DNA of 51,971 nucleotides, taken from positions 1 through 51,971 of the forward strand of contig JAYODI010000034.1 in assembly GCA_038279365.1 (NCBI GenBank). Direction: 5' to 3'. A program made the translations under genes and the position numbers. This document shows, piece after piece, positions 8,387 to 17,455 of this stretch. The notes under the pieces are model-generated. The model saw nothing but the letters and a program-made list of their open reading frames with translations. It did no database searches and was not told the DNA's origin. This DNA comes from Candidatus Latescibacterota bacterium. GTDB taxonomy: Bacteria > Latescibacterota > UBA2968. Position 1 is the first letter of the stretch. Each line of letters starts with the position of its first letter.

Positions 8387-9229
8387 TTAGACTGTTGTTA
8401 TCAGTTGCATTTCATCGGGGTCGTTTTCTTCTTCAAATATTTGCCACGGGCCGTCGGGTAATTGTTCTACTTCGGGAATGAGGTCGACGAGTGTGTTGAC
8501 CGCCAACGTGGGTTGATAAGGGTAACGACTGAGTGTGTCGGGCAGTGTGGAGCCACTAAAGACCAATACGGTTCGATAGCCCATTTGCAGACCACCGAGA
8601 ATATCGGTTTCCATGGTGTCACCGATCATGGTGACTTCGTTGGTGCGCAGGTTGAGTTGCTTACGGGCCATGCGCATCATAATGGGGTTGGGTTTTCCTA
8701 CGCTAAAGGCTTTGTAACCTGAAGCGGCTTCGAGCATGGCCACAATGGCACCGCACCCTGGGCGCATGCCTTTGTCGGTTGGGCAATTGGGGTCCATATT
8801 CGTGGCGATCAGTTTGGCACCTTTGAGGATGAGTTGCAGGGCTTTTTCGGCCATTTCGAAAGTAAGGGTACGGCCTTCGCCAATGACCACATAGTCGGGG
8901 TTGGTTTCGTTAATGGCATACCCATTGTGGTGAAGGGCGTTGAGCAGCCCGCCTTCGCCAATGACATAGGCACTGCCACCGGGCTTTTGAGAGGCTAAAA
9001 AGCGGGCTGTTGCAATGGCACATGTAAAAACGTGGTCTTCGGTGAGATTGATGCCCAAGTTACCCATTTTGAGTACGACGTCGCGCCGGGTGCGTTGGCT
9101 GTTGTTGGTGAGCAAAAGAAACGGTATGTCGCGTTCCTGAAGCAGTGCAAAGAATTTTTCTGCACCAGGAATGAGTTCGCCACCACGATAGATGACGCCG
9201 TCCATATCGATGAGATAACCGCGTCGCAT
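8387..9229 (-). CDS. HAD-IIA family hydrolase, a NagD-like sugar/nucleotide phosphatase
   Basis: The DxDG motif is YLIDMDGVIYRG. HAD motifs III/IV (KPNP...GDTMETDI) are present. The start was chosen at the internal ATG 9229 (MRRG...) because the RBS aaggag sits 7 nt upstream. The ORF track extends to 9268. Confidence 0.8.
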   Translation of the reverse strand: MRRGYLIDMDGVIYRGGELIPGAEKFFALLQERDIPFLLLTNNSQRTRRDVVLKMGNLGINLTEDHVFTCAIATARFLASQKPGGSAYVIGEGGLLNALHHNGYAINETNPDYVVIGEGRTLTFEMAEKALQLILKGAKLIATNMDPNCPTDKGMRPGCGAIVAMLEAASGYKAFSVGKPNPIMMRMARKQLNLRTNEVTMIGDTMETDILGGLQMGYRTVLVFSGSTLPDTLSRYPYQPTLAVNTLVDLIPEVEQLPDGPWQIFEEENDPDEMQLITTV

Positions 9230-9335
9230 AAAAACTCCTTGTAAAATGTTGTGGTAAGGGGCGTTCATTAAATATACTAAACTTTGAGTATGTTGAGATT
9301 AAGTCTATGTGAAGAATGTGTTACATTTGGGTCAC

Positions 9336-9372
9336 ATAAAACGGGCGTATTCAGTGAATATGCCCGTTTTGT
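9336..9372 (-). terminator. Rho-independent terminator downstream of the DedA gene
   Basis: The stem aacgggcgtat/atatgcccgtt has one G-U pair and is flanked by T-rich runs. Confidence 0.5.
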
Positions 9373-9440
9373 TTGTGTTTGATTTCTAAATGGGTGTTAT
9401 AGGCGAATCGTACAAGTCGATAGATGTGTTTCTTTTGGTT

Positions 9441-10205
9441 TTAGGAAGCGATTTCGGTGTTTTTGAGTGCTTTTTGGGCAATACGGGTAATGATGATGGT
9501 CACGGCAACGGTTGCGAGGAGGCCAATGATGAGAAAGGCCTGTTGTGCTGGTGAGCTGGTTGTTGTGCCATCTGTTGCAACTGAGAGCCCTGCTTTGCCA
9601 ATGGCACCTAAGTAGACAAACATGACGGTGCCTGGTAACGTGCCCAGCCAAGTGGCAACCACATATGGCCAAAATTTGACGGCGGTGAGGCCATAGAGGT
9701 AATTGCTGAGACTAAAGGGCAGTGCAGGACTGAGGCGTAGGAGGCCAATAATTTTGCCGCCTTGTTTGCCAATGGCTTTGTCTATGGCATTAAATTTGGC
9801 ATTTTGTTCGGCTTTTGCACGCACCCAATCACGGGCAAAGTATCGGGCAATGAGAAATGCACAGGCAGCCCCTATGGTGGCGCTGATATTGACCACCAGT
9901 GTGCCCCACCACAGACCAAAGAGAAAACCCGAACCGATGGTGGTGATGGCGCCTGGCACAAAGAGAACAGTGGCGATAATGTAAAAGAGGCCGTAGACGA
10001 TCATGCCACTGGTGCCGAGGTCTGATACCCAGTGGTTAAATTGGGTGAGCCATTGTTCTAAGGGCAAGATGCGCCACATGGCGAAGAGTGCGATGATAAC
10101 GATGGCACTGCCGATCAATTTATAGGGTATTTTTTTTTGAGGTGCTTCTTTGGTGATGGTTTCGGTCACGGGTGTGTCCTTTGGCTGTCTGGACTTGATT
10201 TCCAC
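9441..10205 (-). CDS. DedA/TVP38/TMEM64 family membrane protein
   Basis: It has multi-TM hydrophobic segments. The motif LRLSPALPFSLSNYLYGLT is typical of the DedA family. The start is a GTG with the RBS aagaagg. Confidence 0.75.
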   Translation of the reverse strand: MEIKSRQPKDTPVTETITKEAPQKKIPYKLIGSAIVIIALFAMWRILPLEQWLTQFNHWVSDLGTSGMIVYGLFYIIATVLFVPGAITTIGSGFLFGLWWGTLVVNISATIGAACAFLIARYFARDWVRAKAEQNAKFNAIDKAIGKQGGKIIGLLRLSPALPFSLSNYLYGLTAVKFWPYVVATWLGTLPGTVMFVYLGAIGKAGLSVATDGTTTSSPAQQAFLIIGLLATVAVTIIITRIAQKALKNTEIAS

Positions 10206-10287
10206 GCCTTCTTAGATCGTGGTGATAAAACGTGGGCGCGGAGACCGCACCCCTACGTTTAATGCGTCGGCGAAGGGTGTGTGTGTT

Positions 10288-11748
10288 TTATTTACGGGCT
10301 CTTTTGTAGAGCCATGTAAATAGCGACATGGCGCGTGGGGTGAGGCGGGTGCGGTTGTATTTGTCGCCGATTTTGCGCGCTATTTCTGCAAATGTGGGAT
10401 AGGCGTGAATGGTGGAAGAGATGGCCGCAAGGCCAATGTTGTGTTTGATGGCGAGGACAAATTCGTGCAAGAGGTCACCTGCGTGTGCTGATACAATGGT
10501 GACACCGAGAATTTTGTCACTGCCTTTTTCGGTGAGGACTTCGGCAAATCCTTCGGTTTCACTTTCGACAATGGCGCGATCCACTTCACTTAATTTTTGG
10601 GTGTAGAGGTCGTATTCTATGCCTTTTTCTTTGGCGTCTGTTTTACTCAGACCAACATGTGCAACTTCGGGTGAGGTGTATGTGCTCCAGGGGACGACAG
10701 AGTGGTCGATCTTTTGTCGTAGGACTTGGAGTGGCATCATGATGTTGCGAATGACCACACGTGCTTGGGCATCGGCGGTGTGGGTAAATTGATAGGGGCC
10801 TGCAATGTCGCCACACGCATAAATGTGTTTTTGGGAGGTTTGTAAGTAGTTGTTTACGGTAATGCCATTGCGGTCGTGTTTGACACCAGCAACATCAAGG
10901 TTGAGGTTTTCGATGTTGGGAATGCGTCCAGCGGCGATGAGGAGTGCGTCGGCTTTGATCATTTGATCTTCGCTTTCACCTGATGCAGAGCCGACGGTGA
11001 GGTGAATTTCGTTGTTGATGTATTCGGCTTTTTTTGCGCTTGTGGAGGTGCGGATATTGAGGCCTTCTTTTTCGAGACGTTTGTGCATAAACTCGGCAAC
11101 ATTGTCATCTTCTTTTCCGAATATTTGCGGGGCAAATTCGACAATGGTGACGTCAACACCAAAGCGGTGCATGGTTTGGCCCAGTTCGCACCCAATGGGG
11201 CCCCCACCGATGACGATGAGGTGATTGGGTTTTTCATTGAGTGTATCAAAGAAGGTTTCGTTGGTGTAATAAGGCACGTTTTCAATGCCTTCTATTGGAG
11301 GGATACCTGCGCGACGACCTGTGGCAATGACAAAGTTTTTGGCTTTGAGGTGTGTGCCATCTACGTCAACTTCGTATGGCGAGATGAATTTGGCGTTGCC
11401 GTGAAAGACGTCTACACCAAGGCTTTCGTAGCGTTCTCGGGAGTCGTGGGGTTCGATAACGGTTCGGCGCTCTCGCATGCGTTCGAATATTTTTGTGAAG
11501 TCAAATTGTGGATCATGTTTGTCGAGGCCCCATTTTTCGGCATGGCGTATTTGGTCAATGACGCGGGCTGATGAAATGAGCGCTTTGCTGGGCACACAAC
11601 CGAAGTTGAGACAATCGCCACCCATTTTGTGGCGTTCAATGAGGGCAACGCGCCCTCCTAAACCTGCTGTGCCTGCGGCTGTGACCAAACCAGCTGTTCC
11701 AGCTCCAATGACGACTGCGTTGTAAATACCTTTGCCTTTTTCATCCAT
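10288..11748 (-). CDS. FAD-dependent pyridine nucleotide-disulfide oxidoreductase, class I (dihydrolipoyl dehydrogenase / mercuric-reductase-like)
   Basis: The N-terminus has the FAD-binding motif GAGTAG. The redox-active disulfide is GGDCLNFGCVPSK. A second Rossmann fold (IGGGPIGCE) and a C-terminal dimerisation domain with a His-Pro-like motif (HAYPTFAE) are present. Confidence 0.8.
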   Translation of the reverse strand: MDEKGKGIYNAVVIGAGTAGLVTAAGTAGLGGRVALIERHKMGGDCLNFGCVPSKALISSARVIDQIRHAEKWGLDKHDPQFDFTKIFERMRERRTVIEPHDSRERYESLGVDVFHGNAKFISPYEVDVDGTHLKAKNFVIATGRRAGIPPIEGIENVPYYTNETFFDTLNEKPNHLIVIGGGPIGCELGQTMHRFGVDVTIVEFAPQIFGKEDDNVAEFMHKRLEKEGLNIRTSTSAKKAEYINNEIHLTVGSASGESEDQMIKADALLIAAGRIPNIENLNLDVAGVKHDRNGITVNNYLQTSQKHIYACGDIAGPYQFTHTADAQARVVIRNIMMPLQVLRQKIDHSVVPWSTYTSPEVAHVGLSKTDAKEKGIEYDLYTQKLSEVDRAIVESETEGFAEVLTEKGSDKILGVTIVSAHAGDLLHEFVLAIKHNIGLAAISSTIHAYPTFAEIARKIGDKYNRTRLTPRAMSLFTWLYKRARK

Positions 11749-11965
11749 GATTAAACCTTATCTGTCTCTGTTGCTGGCATGTGTATGTTTACGTTAGGGT
11801 TGGGTGTGATGGGTTGTGCAATATATTATGCGATTGTATATAAATACCCGTGATTACAGTATATTATGAAATTGGTTTTTGACCAGATGCTTCAATGGTG
11901 GTGTTGTGTCTTATGCGTTTGGATTTCTACTTATGATCAATAACAAATTTGGTGCCAAATATAAA

Positions 11966-11997
11966 AAGCCGTCAGAATACAATCTGACGACTTTTTT
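11966..11997. terminator. Bidirectional rho-independent terminator and a member of a hairpin family (see findings)
   Basis: The sequence is aaaaaGCCGTCAGAatacaaTCTGACGActttttt. Confidence 0.6.
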
Positions 11998-12063
11998 GAA
12001 AGGCCTCCTGAAGAAGGAGAAAGGCAGATGTCAATCAAGTCCTTTGCTGGGCAGGCGGTTGCC

Positions 12064-13473
12064 TTATTTTGCACCTCTTTCAATTAATGCTTGAATCATG
12101 TTTTTGCGTTTTCTATCAATGGCCAAATCTAAGGGTGTGTTGCCTTCATTGTCTTTGGGATTGATGTGTGCGCCGTTGTCCAACAACAATTGTGCTTGTG
12201 GGACAAATTCCCACCACTCGGCTACGCAGTGTAGGGGTGTCCAATCACATTCGCCTGCAAAGTTGACGTCAGCCCCTTTTTCGATGAGCAGTTTTGTAAT
12301 GGCCAAACAGTTGTCTAAATCTCCAAGTGGGCGTGCGCACCAATGCAAGGCTTGAAAACCTTCGGCACTTTTGGCAAAGATCAGATCTGGGTTGGATTCC
12401 AAAAGTGCCGTTACTTGGTCTAACAGGCCAAAATGGGATGCAGTAAAGATGTCGATTTTGGCACCTTGGTCTATGAGATACCATACCACAGCTTCACTTT
12501 CTTCGTGTTTGCCATAAATTAAGGCGGCACATTGCATTGGGGTCATACCTTGTGCATTTTGTGCGTTGAGCAGATCGGGGTTCTCATTGAGGCAGTGTTT
12601 CACCTGATCAAGTAGTCCGGCTCTGGCGGCGGTGAAGATGTCACATTCAGCCCCTTTTTCGAGCAAGTATTGTACAATTTCTCTATGTTGTGGGCGATGC
12701 CATACGACATAGTTGGCCGCCATTTGGATGAGGCTTTGTGCGTTTTTGTTGGCGATGTTGGCGAGCTTTTGATCTTTTTCGATGAGGGCTTTCACTTTGG
12801 AAATATCACCTTTTTGAACGGCATCTATTACCGTATTGACGCGTTCTTCAAAGCTTGAACTGAGTGTTTGATCTTGGATCATAGATTGAAGTCCTTTGTG
12901 GTTGCGCAATCGGTCTCGTGCTGTTTGTAATCGGCTTTGAACAACAGCTTGTGATACGCCCAAAAATTCGGCCACTTCGGCATAGGAGCGATCTTCGAGG
13001 TAAAAGAGCATGAGCACTTCACGCGATTTTTCTGGCAAGCGATTGAGTGCACTTTGAATGAGGTGTTGTTGCTCGCGTTTTTCTAAGTGTGCCTGTGGTG
13101 TTTCTGGTGCGTCGCTCCATATAGGAGTGATGGATTCGGTGATTTGAGGCTGTTCTTGTTTTAGGCGATCCAAGCTTTCGGTTTTGACGTTGCGACGCAG
13201 CCACATGCGTGCGATGTTTCGACAAATACCACAGACCCAAGGGCCAAAACGCGTGGGGTCATTGAGCTTGTCGAGTGACAGATAAGCTTGTACAAAGGCT
13301 TCTTGAGCAACGGTTTCTGCATCGTCAAAGTCGCTGATCATGCCAAGCGCAACGGCATAGACACGGTTTTTGTAGTGTTGCATCAACGTGTCAAATGCCG
13401 ACCGATTGCCTTTGCGAACAGCGTGAACGTGTTGCGCATCTGTTGTGTGTGATTTTAAGTTTAATGACGTCAT
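12064..13473 (-). CDS. ECF-type sigma-70 factor fused to a C-terminal ankyrin-repeat domain (469 aa)
   Basis: Region 2 is sigma-70-like (YAVALGMISDFDDAETVAQEAFVQAYLSL). Region 4 has an HTH (LFYLEDRSYAEVAEFLGVSQAVVQSRLQTAR). After it come at least 5 ankyrin repeats (e.g. TPLHCVAEWW...LLLDNGAHINPKDNEGNTPLDLAI). The start is an ATG. Confidence 0.85.
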   Translation of the reverse strand: MTSLNLKSHTTDAQHVHAVRKGNRSAFDTLMQHYKNRVYAVALGMISDFDDAETVAQEAFVQAYLSLDKLNDPTRFGPWVCGICRNIARMWLRRNVKTESLDRLKQEQPQITESITPIWSDAPETPQAHLEKREQQHLIQSALNRLPEKSREVLMLFYLEDRSYAEVAEFLGVSQAVVQSRLQTARDRLRNHKGLQSMIQDQTLSSSFEERVNTVIDAVQKGDISKVKALIEKDQKLANIANKNAQSLIQMAANYVVWHRPQHREIVQYLLEKGAECDIFTAARAGLLDQVKHCLNENPDLLNAQNAQGMTPMQCAALIYGKHEESEAVVWYLIDQGAKIDIFTASHFGLLDQVTALLESNPDLIFAKSAEGFQALHWCARPLGDLDNCLAITKLLIEKGADVNFAGECDWTPLHCVAEWWEFVPQAQLLLDNGAHINPKDNEGNTPLDLAIDRKRKNMIQALIERGAK

Positions 13474-13564
13474 CTGTTATATATGTTGCACCGCGAGTGA
13501 AATATCTATGAAAAATAAATATATGACGCTTGTCGTTTAATGGGTGTCGTTATATATTTTAAGT

Positions 13565-13846
13565 ATGATACGATCTTTTGCCTGCCGAGACACTGAAAAT
13601 ATTTTCCATCGGCAACGTTCTAAAAAATTTCCACAGTCTATTCAGCAAGTTGCTTTGCGGAAATTGAGAATGTTGAATAGAGCAACTGCTCTACAAGACT
13701 TGCGTGTGCCACCTGCAAATCGATTGGAAAAGTTGAGAGGTGATCGCCTTGGGCGATATAGCATTCGTGTCAATGATCAATGGCGTATTTGTTTTATGTG
13801 GGAAGACGGTGATGTTTTGGATGTTGAGATTGTGGACTATCATTAG
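13565..13846 (+). CDS. higB: Type II toxin HigB (RelE/ParE superfamily)
   Basis: MIRSFACRDTENIF...NDQWRICFMWEDGDVLDVEIVDYH fits the HigB family pattern. The start was taken at ATG 13565 rather than GTG 13544. The gene is immediately followed by an HTH antitoxin gene. Confidence 0.75.
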   Translation: MIRSFACRDTENIFHRQRSKKFPQSIQQVALRKLRMLNRATALQDLRVPPANRLEKLRGDRLGRYSIRVNDQWRICFMWEDGDVLDVEIVDYH

Positions 13847-13858
13847 GAGATGATTGTT

Positions 13859-14155
13859 ATGTCTGAAAGATTAAATCCTGTTCATCCAGGTGAGGTTTTA
13901 TTGGAAGAGTTTTTGAAGCCCATGAATTTGAGTCAAAATCGATTGGCATTAAATATTGGTGTGCCACCTCGTCGAATTAATGAGATTGTTTTGGGCAAGC
14001 GTGGTATTACGGCAGATACGGCTTTGCGGTTGGCCAAGTATTTTAAAGTGTCGGCGCAATTTTGGATGGGATTGCAAATGGATTATGAGTTGGATGTTGC
14101 GGAAGATGTTTTGGGAGATCGTTTGGAGAAGGAGGTTCATTCGTATGCGGATTAA
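13859..14155 (+). CDS. higA: Type II antitoxin HigA, an XRE-family HTH protein
   Basis: NPVHPGEVLLEEFLKPMNLSQNRLALNIGVPPRRINEIVLGKRGITADTALRLAKYF is HigA-like. The RBS ggag lies 9 nt upstream of ATG 13859. Confidence 0.75.
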   Translation: MSERLNPVHPGEVLLEEFLKPMNLSQNRLALNIGVPPRRINEIVLGKRGITADTALRLAKYFKVSAQFWMGLQMDYELDVAEDVLGDRLEKEVHSYAD

Positions 14156-14175
14156 AGTTTGGGATGGAGATAAAA

Positions 14176-14212
14176 AACCGCCGTCAGAGTAAGATCTGAC
14201 GGCGGTTTTTTT
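14176..14212. terminator. Bidirectional rho-independent terminator of the same hairpin family
   Basis: The sequence is aaaaaaCCGCCGTCAGAgtaagaTCTGACGGCGGttttttt, a 13-bp perfect stem. Confidence 0.8.
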
Positions 14213-14225
14213 GTGGGTGTGTGGA

Positions 14226-16436
14226 TCAGGTGAATAATTTTTTTATTTCTGGATCGTCCTGCCGTTCGGCCGTGGCTTTTGCTGTGGCCCATGTCGATTC
14301 TTCGGGCGCGTTGGGATCAGCACCTCGGCTGAGGAGGAATTTGACCATTTCAATTTGGCCTTCGCGCACGGCTTCGGCTAAGGTGGTGCCGCCATATTCT
14401 AATTCGATGGCGTCTATGTTTGCACCTGCATCTAAGAGGGCTTCTGCGGTGTCGATTTGGTTTTTGCGCACACACGAATGTAAAAAGGTGCGACCGATCC
14501 AATTGGGTTTGTTGACATCCAAGCCGTGATCAATCAATTTTTGCATGATGGGTTTGGGTGGCACGTTGCCACCATAGATGTTGCCCGGTAAGATTTTAGC
14601 AATGATGTTACTTTGGGTTTCAAGTAAGAGATTGATAATTTCTGGATCTTCTTTACCAAGCATTTCATGGATGATTTGTTGGTCTTGTAAAATAGGATCG
14701 TTGGTTTTGATGGCGTTTTTGAGTTCTTCATCGGAGAAGTCGTAAGATGCTCTGTGTGCACCGTGAGTGATTAGGAGTGCTTCCACGGTTTCGTAGTTGT
14801 TTGGGTTTTTCACTTTGTTGATGTGGAGCACATTGCCACTGGAATCGACGTCGCCATTGGGATTTGCACCTGCTTCGAGGAGCATTTTGACAAGTTCAAC
14901 ATTGTTTTTGGCTGCCGCTTCATGAAGGGCACGACCCCGAGGCGCGAGGTGTTCGGGTTGGTTGGGGTCTGCGCCATGATCAAGCAACAGTTGGACAATT
15001 TGTGTACTGCCTGCTCGCACAGCGTGATAGAGTGGACTTGCCTCCTGATCGTCGAGTTTTTTGGCTGCTTGTGGATCGGCTTTTAACAGGGCGTTTACTT
15101 TTTCGAGGTCGGCTAAAACACACGCGAGACCGAGGGTGATGGTTGCGCCTTTGGCCATTAAATAACCTGTGATGACCCATTGGTTGCGCATGGCTTCTTG
15201 GGGGAGGTCTCTGTTCCAGCGATACCAGTAGTCGCCATTGGAAGACAACATGATGGCTGTTTGACCGTCGGATCGTTTGGCATCAATGGGAACACCCCAT
15301 TCAAGAAAGCGGTCTATAAGGTGGGTTTGTCTTGTGAGGGTTGCCCAATGCAGACCTGTGTTGCCCAATGCATCGGAGGCGGTGGCCAGGTTGGGGTTTT
15401 CAGCAATTAATTTTTCAACGGTTTCTGGATCTCGCGACCGGATGGCATTGCGAACGTGATCAAAGTTGGGGTGGTAATTGTAGCGTTCTTTCAATGTGGC
15501 TTCGATGAGTTTTTTGACGGCTTGATGACCGCGTCGGGTGAGTTCTTCCAATAGTTTTGGCCAGGCGTTGTACAGATAGCGCGATTTACCCAATTCGGCA
15601 CCGTGTTCTAAAATATATTGCACCACATCGGTATGGCCTGCTTTGGCGGCCATGTGAAGGGGGAACTGATACCAATATTGTGCATGAACCAGTGCCGGGT
15701 CGCGATCTACAAGGGTTTGTACGCGTGATAAATCGCCTGCTGCACAGGCATTGAACAATGCCCAGGCATCGTGTCCATTAACCACTTCGGTGCCGTAGAT
15801 GTATTGTTCGGTGTTCATGGAATCGGGTTGTGTGAGTTGGGCAATTCGGTTTTCGAATGTGTTGTTGCGCGAAGGTGCTTGATCTTTGAGGTGATCCATG
15901 TTGTCTAATCCTTCTTTTATGAGCCGCCTTGCCGATCTGAGCCGATTGTTGACGGTATCGGGAGACAGGTCTAAAAATGTGGCAATGTCGGCGTGTGTGT
16001 ATTGTGAGATGTAAAACAGTGTGGTTGCAACGCGCTCTTCTTGTGGAAGTGTGTTTAAGACGCGATAAAGGGCGGCCTTTTCTTCTGTTTTTGCGCGTTT
16101 TTTAATGTCTGTATCGTCGGGCACGTCAAAGGTGTTTTCACTCAGTGATGAGGTGTGTTTACGCATTTTTCGGGTGAAGCGCGTACAACGCGTAAACACC
16201 ATTTGACGAAACCAGCCTGCAAAGGCATTGGGGTTTTGTAAGCGTGGTAAGTTTGTCCACGCGCCCACAAAGGCTTCTTGGGCGGCATCTTCGGCCAAGT
16301 GGAAATCACCGATGATAGAATATGCATATCCAACGGCCATATCTTGGAATTTGTGGACCAAATGGCCAAAGGCTTGGTGATCACCTGTTTGTGCGGCTAT
16401 CACCAAGGTGGGTAAATCCGCCTGTTGAACAGACAT
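14226..16436 (-). CDS. ECF-type sigma-70 factor fused to a long C-terminal ankyrin-repeat array (736 aa)
   Basis: Region 2 is AVGYAYSIIGDFHLAEDAAQEAFVGAW. Region 4 is LFYISQYTHADIATFLDLSPDTVNNRLRSARR. About 550 aa of ankyrin repeats follow. The start is an ATG with the RBS ggag. Confidence 0.85.
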   Translation of the reverse strand: MSVQQADLPTLVIAAQTGDHQAFGHLVHKFQDMAVGYAYSIIGDFHLAEDAAQEAFVGAWTNLPRLQNPNAFAGWFRQMVFTRCTRFTRKMRKHTSSLSENTFDVPDDTDIKKRAKTEEKAALYRVLNTLPQEERVATTLFYISQYTHADIATFLDLSPDTVNNRLRSARRLIKEGLDNMDHLKDQAPSRNNTFENRIAQLTQPDSMNTEQYIYGTEVVNGHDAWALFNACAAGDLSRVQTLVDRDPALVHAQYWYQFPLHMAAKAGHTDVVQYILEHGAELGKSRYLYNAWPKLLEELTRRGHQAVKKLIEATLKERYNYHPNFDHVRNAIRSRDPETVEKLIAENPNLATASDALGNTGLHWATLTRQTHLIDRFLEWGVPIDAKRSDGQTAIMLSSNGDYWYRWNRDLPQEAMRNQWVITGYLMAKGATITLGLACVLADLEKVNALLKADPQAAKKLDDQEASPLYHAVRAGSTQIVQLLLDHGADPNQPEHLAPRGRALHEAAAKNNVELVKMLLEAGANPNGDVDSSGNVLHINKVKNPNNYETVEALLITHGAHRASYDFSDEELKNAIKTNDPILQDQQIIHEMLGKEDPEIINLLLETQSNIIAKILPGNIYGGNVPPKPIMQKLIDHGLDVNKPNWIGRTFLHSCVRKNQIDTAEALLDAGANIDAIELEYGGTTLAEAVREGQIEMVKFLLSRGADPNAPEESTWATAKATAERQDDPEIKKLFT

Positions 16437-16545
16437 TGCAACTCCACGGTTTGTTGATTGTGTTCACAACGTTTAGAAGGCCCTCTGTAGATAAAGCACC
16501 ACTATGGGATAGGATCTGGTAAAAAAAGTTTAAAAAAATAAAAAA

Positions 16546-16578
16546 AGCCGTTAGAACACGATTCTAACGGCTTTTTTC
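16546..16578. terminator. Bidirectional rho-independent terminator of the same hairpin family
   Basis: The sequence is aaaaaaaGCCGTTAGAAcacgaTTCTAACGGCtttttt. Confidence 0.8.
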
Positions 16579-16593
16579 TATGCACATGAATGT

Positions 16594-17007
16594 TTAAGCA
16601 CGGCCTTCGTCGTAGTCTATGAAATCGAACATGGTTGCAATATCATCTCGTTCGGCAATGCCGCTTTCTTTTTTTCGTTCTGCCAAACGTTCGGCAATAT
16701 CGTCTTTTAGGCCGCGTTTGGAGAAAAAGGAATTGGCCATTTTGATGTCGAGTTCGGAAGGTTTACGCCCATTTTCAAAACACCATGTGAGTAATTCGGC
16801 GTCGGTTTTCCCATCTTTTACTTGTTGAACCACATCGTCGTAGTTGACACGTAAAAACTCACACATTGCTCCATCAAAGCCTTTTCCAAGCGCGCGGTGA
16901 TAATCTTCAGGTAATTCACCTTTAAGATGCAGGCGGGCTTTGTCGAGCATTCGGGGGAAATAATAAAGACCCCCTTCTTGGTCGTAGGGTGTTCGTGGAA
17001 AAGCCAT
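16594..17007 (-). CDS. Small conserved hypothetical protein (137 aa). It may belong to a DUF5069-like family, recalled from memory, and is a tandem paralog of 17029..17445
   Basis: The RBS aaggag is present and the start is an ATG. It is 55-60% identical to its neighbour (PR[ST]PYDQEGG[LI]YYFPRM[LI]DK[AI]RLHLKG[ED]LPEDYH...). Confidence 0.7.
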   Translation of the reverse strand: MAFPRTPYDQEGGLYYFPRMLDKARLHLKGELPEDYHRALGKGFDGAMCEFLRVNYDDVVQQVKDGKTDAELLTWCFENGRKPSELDIKMANSFFSKRGLKDDIAERLAERKKESGIAERDDIATMFDFIDYDEGRA

Positions 17008-17028
17008 GGGTGCTCCTTTAAAAGTGAT

Positions 17029-17445
17029 TTATTTTAATCGATCTTCGTCTAATTCGATCAGGTCAAAAAAGGTTTGAACATCGTCTCGGTCTGAGATGTT
17101 ATGCTTTGCTTTGATTTCGGCAATGTAGTCGCTGGCACTGTCTCGCCAACCGCGTTTGGACATAAAGTCGTTGAACATGAGGATATCGCCTTCGTTGGCG
17201 TGATGGCCATTTTTAAAACACCATGCGAGTACTTCTGCATCACTTTTACCTGCTTTGACTTGTTCAATGACATCGGTATGATTGACTTGAAGAAAAGAAC
17301 AACAACGGCCGTCAAACCCATTGCCAAATTGTTCATGATAGTCTTCTGGTAAATCGCCTTTCAGGTGCAGGCGAATTTTGTCAATCATGCGTGGGAAGTA
17401 ATATATACCGCCTTCTTGGTCATAAGGACTGCGTGGGTAAGCCAT
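17029..17445 (-). CDS. Small conserved hypothetical protein, a paralog of 16594..17007
   Basis: The start was set at the internal ATG 17445 (MAYPRSPYDQ...), which has the RBS aaggag. The longer ORF in the track would overlap the upstream gene. Confidence 0.7.
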   Translation of the reverse strand: MAYPRSPYDQEGGIYYFPRMIDKIRLHLKGDLPEDYHEQFGNGFDGRCCSFLQVNHTDVIEQVKAGKSDAEVLAWCFKNGHHANEGDILMFNDFMSKRGWRDSASDYIAEIKAKHNISDRDDVQTFFDLIELDEDRLK

Positions 17446-17455
17446 TTTTATCTCC

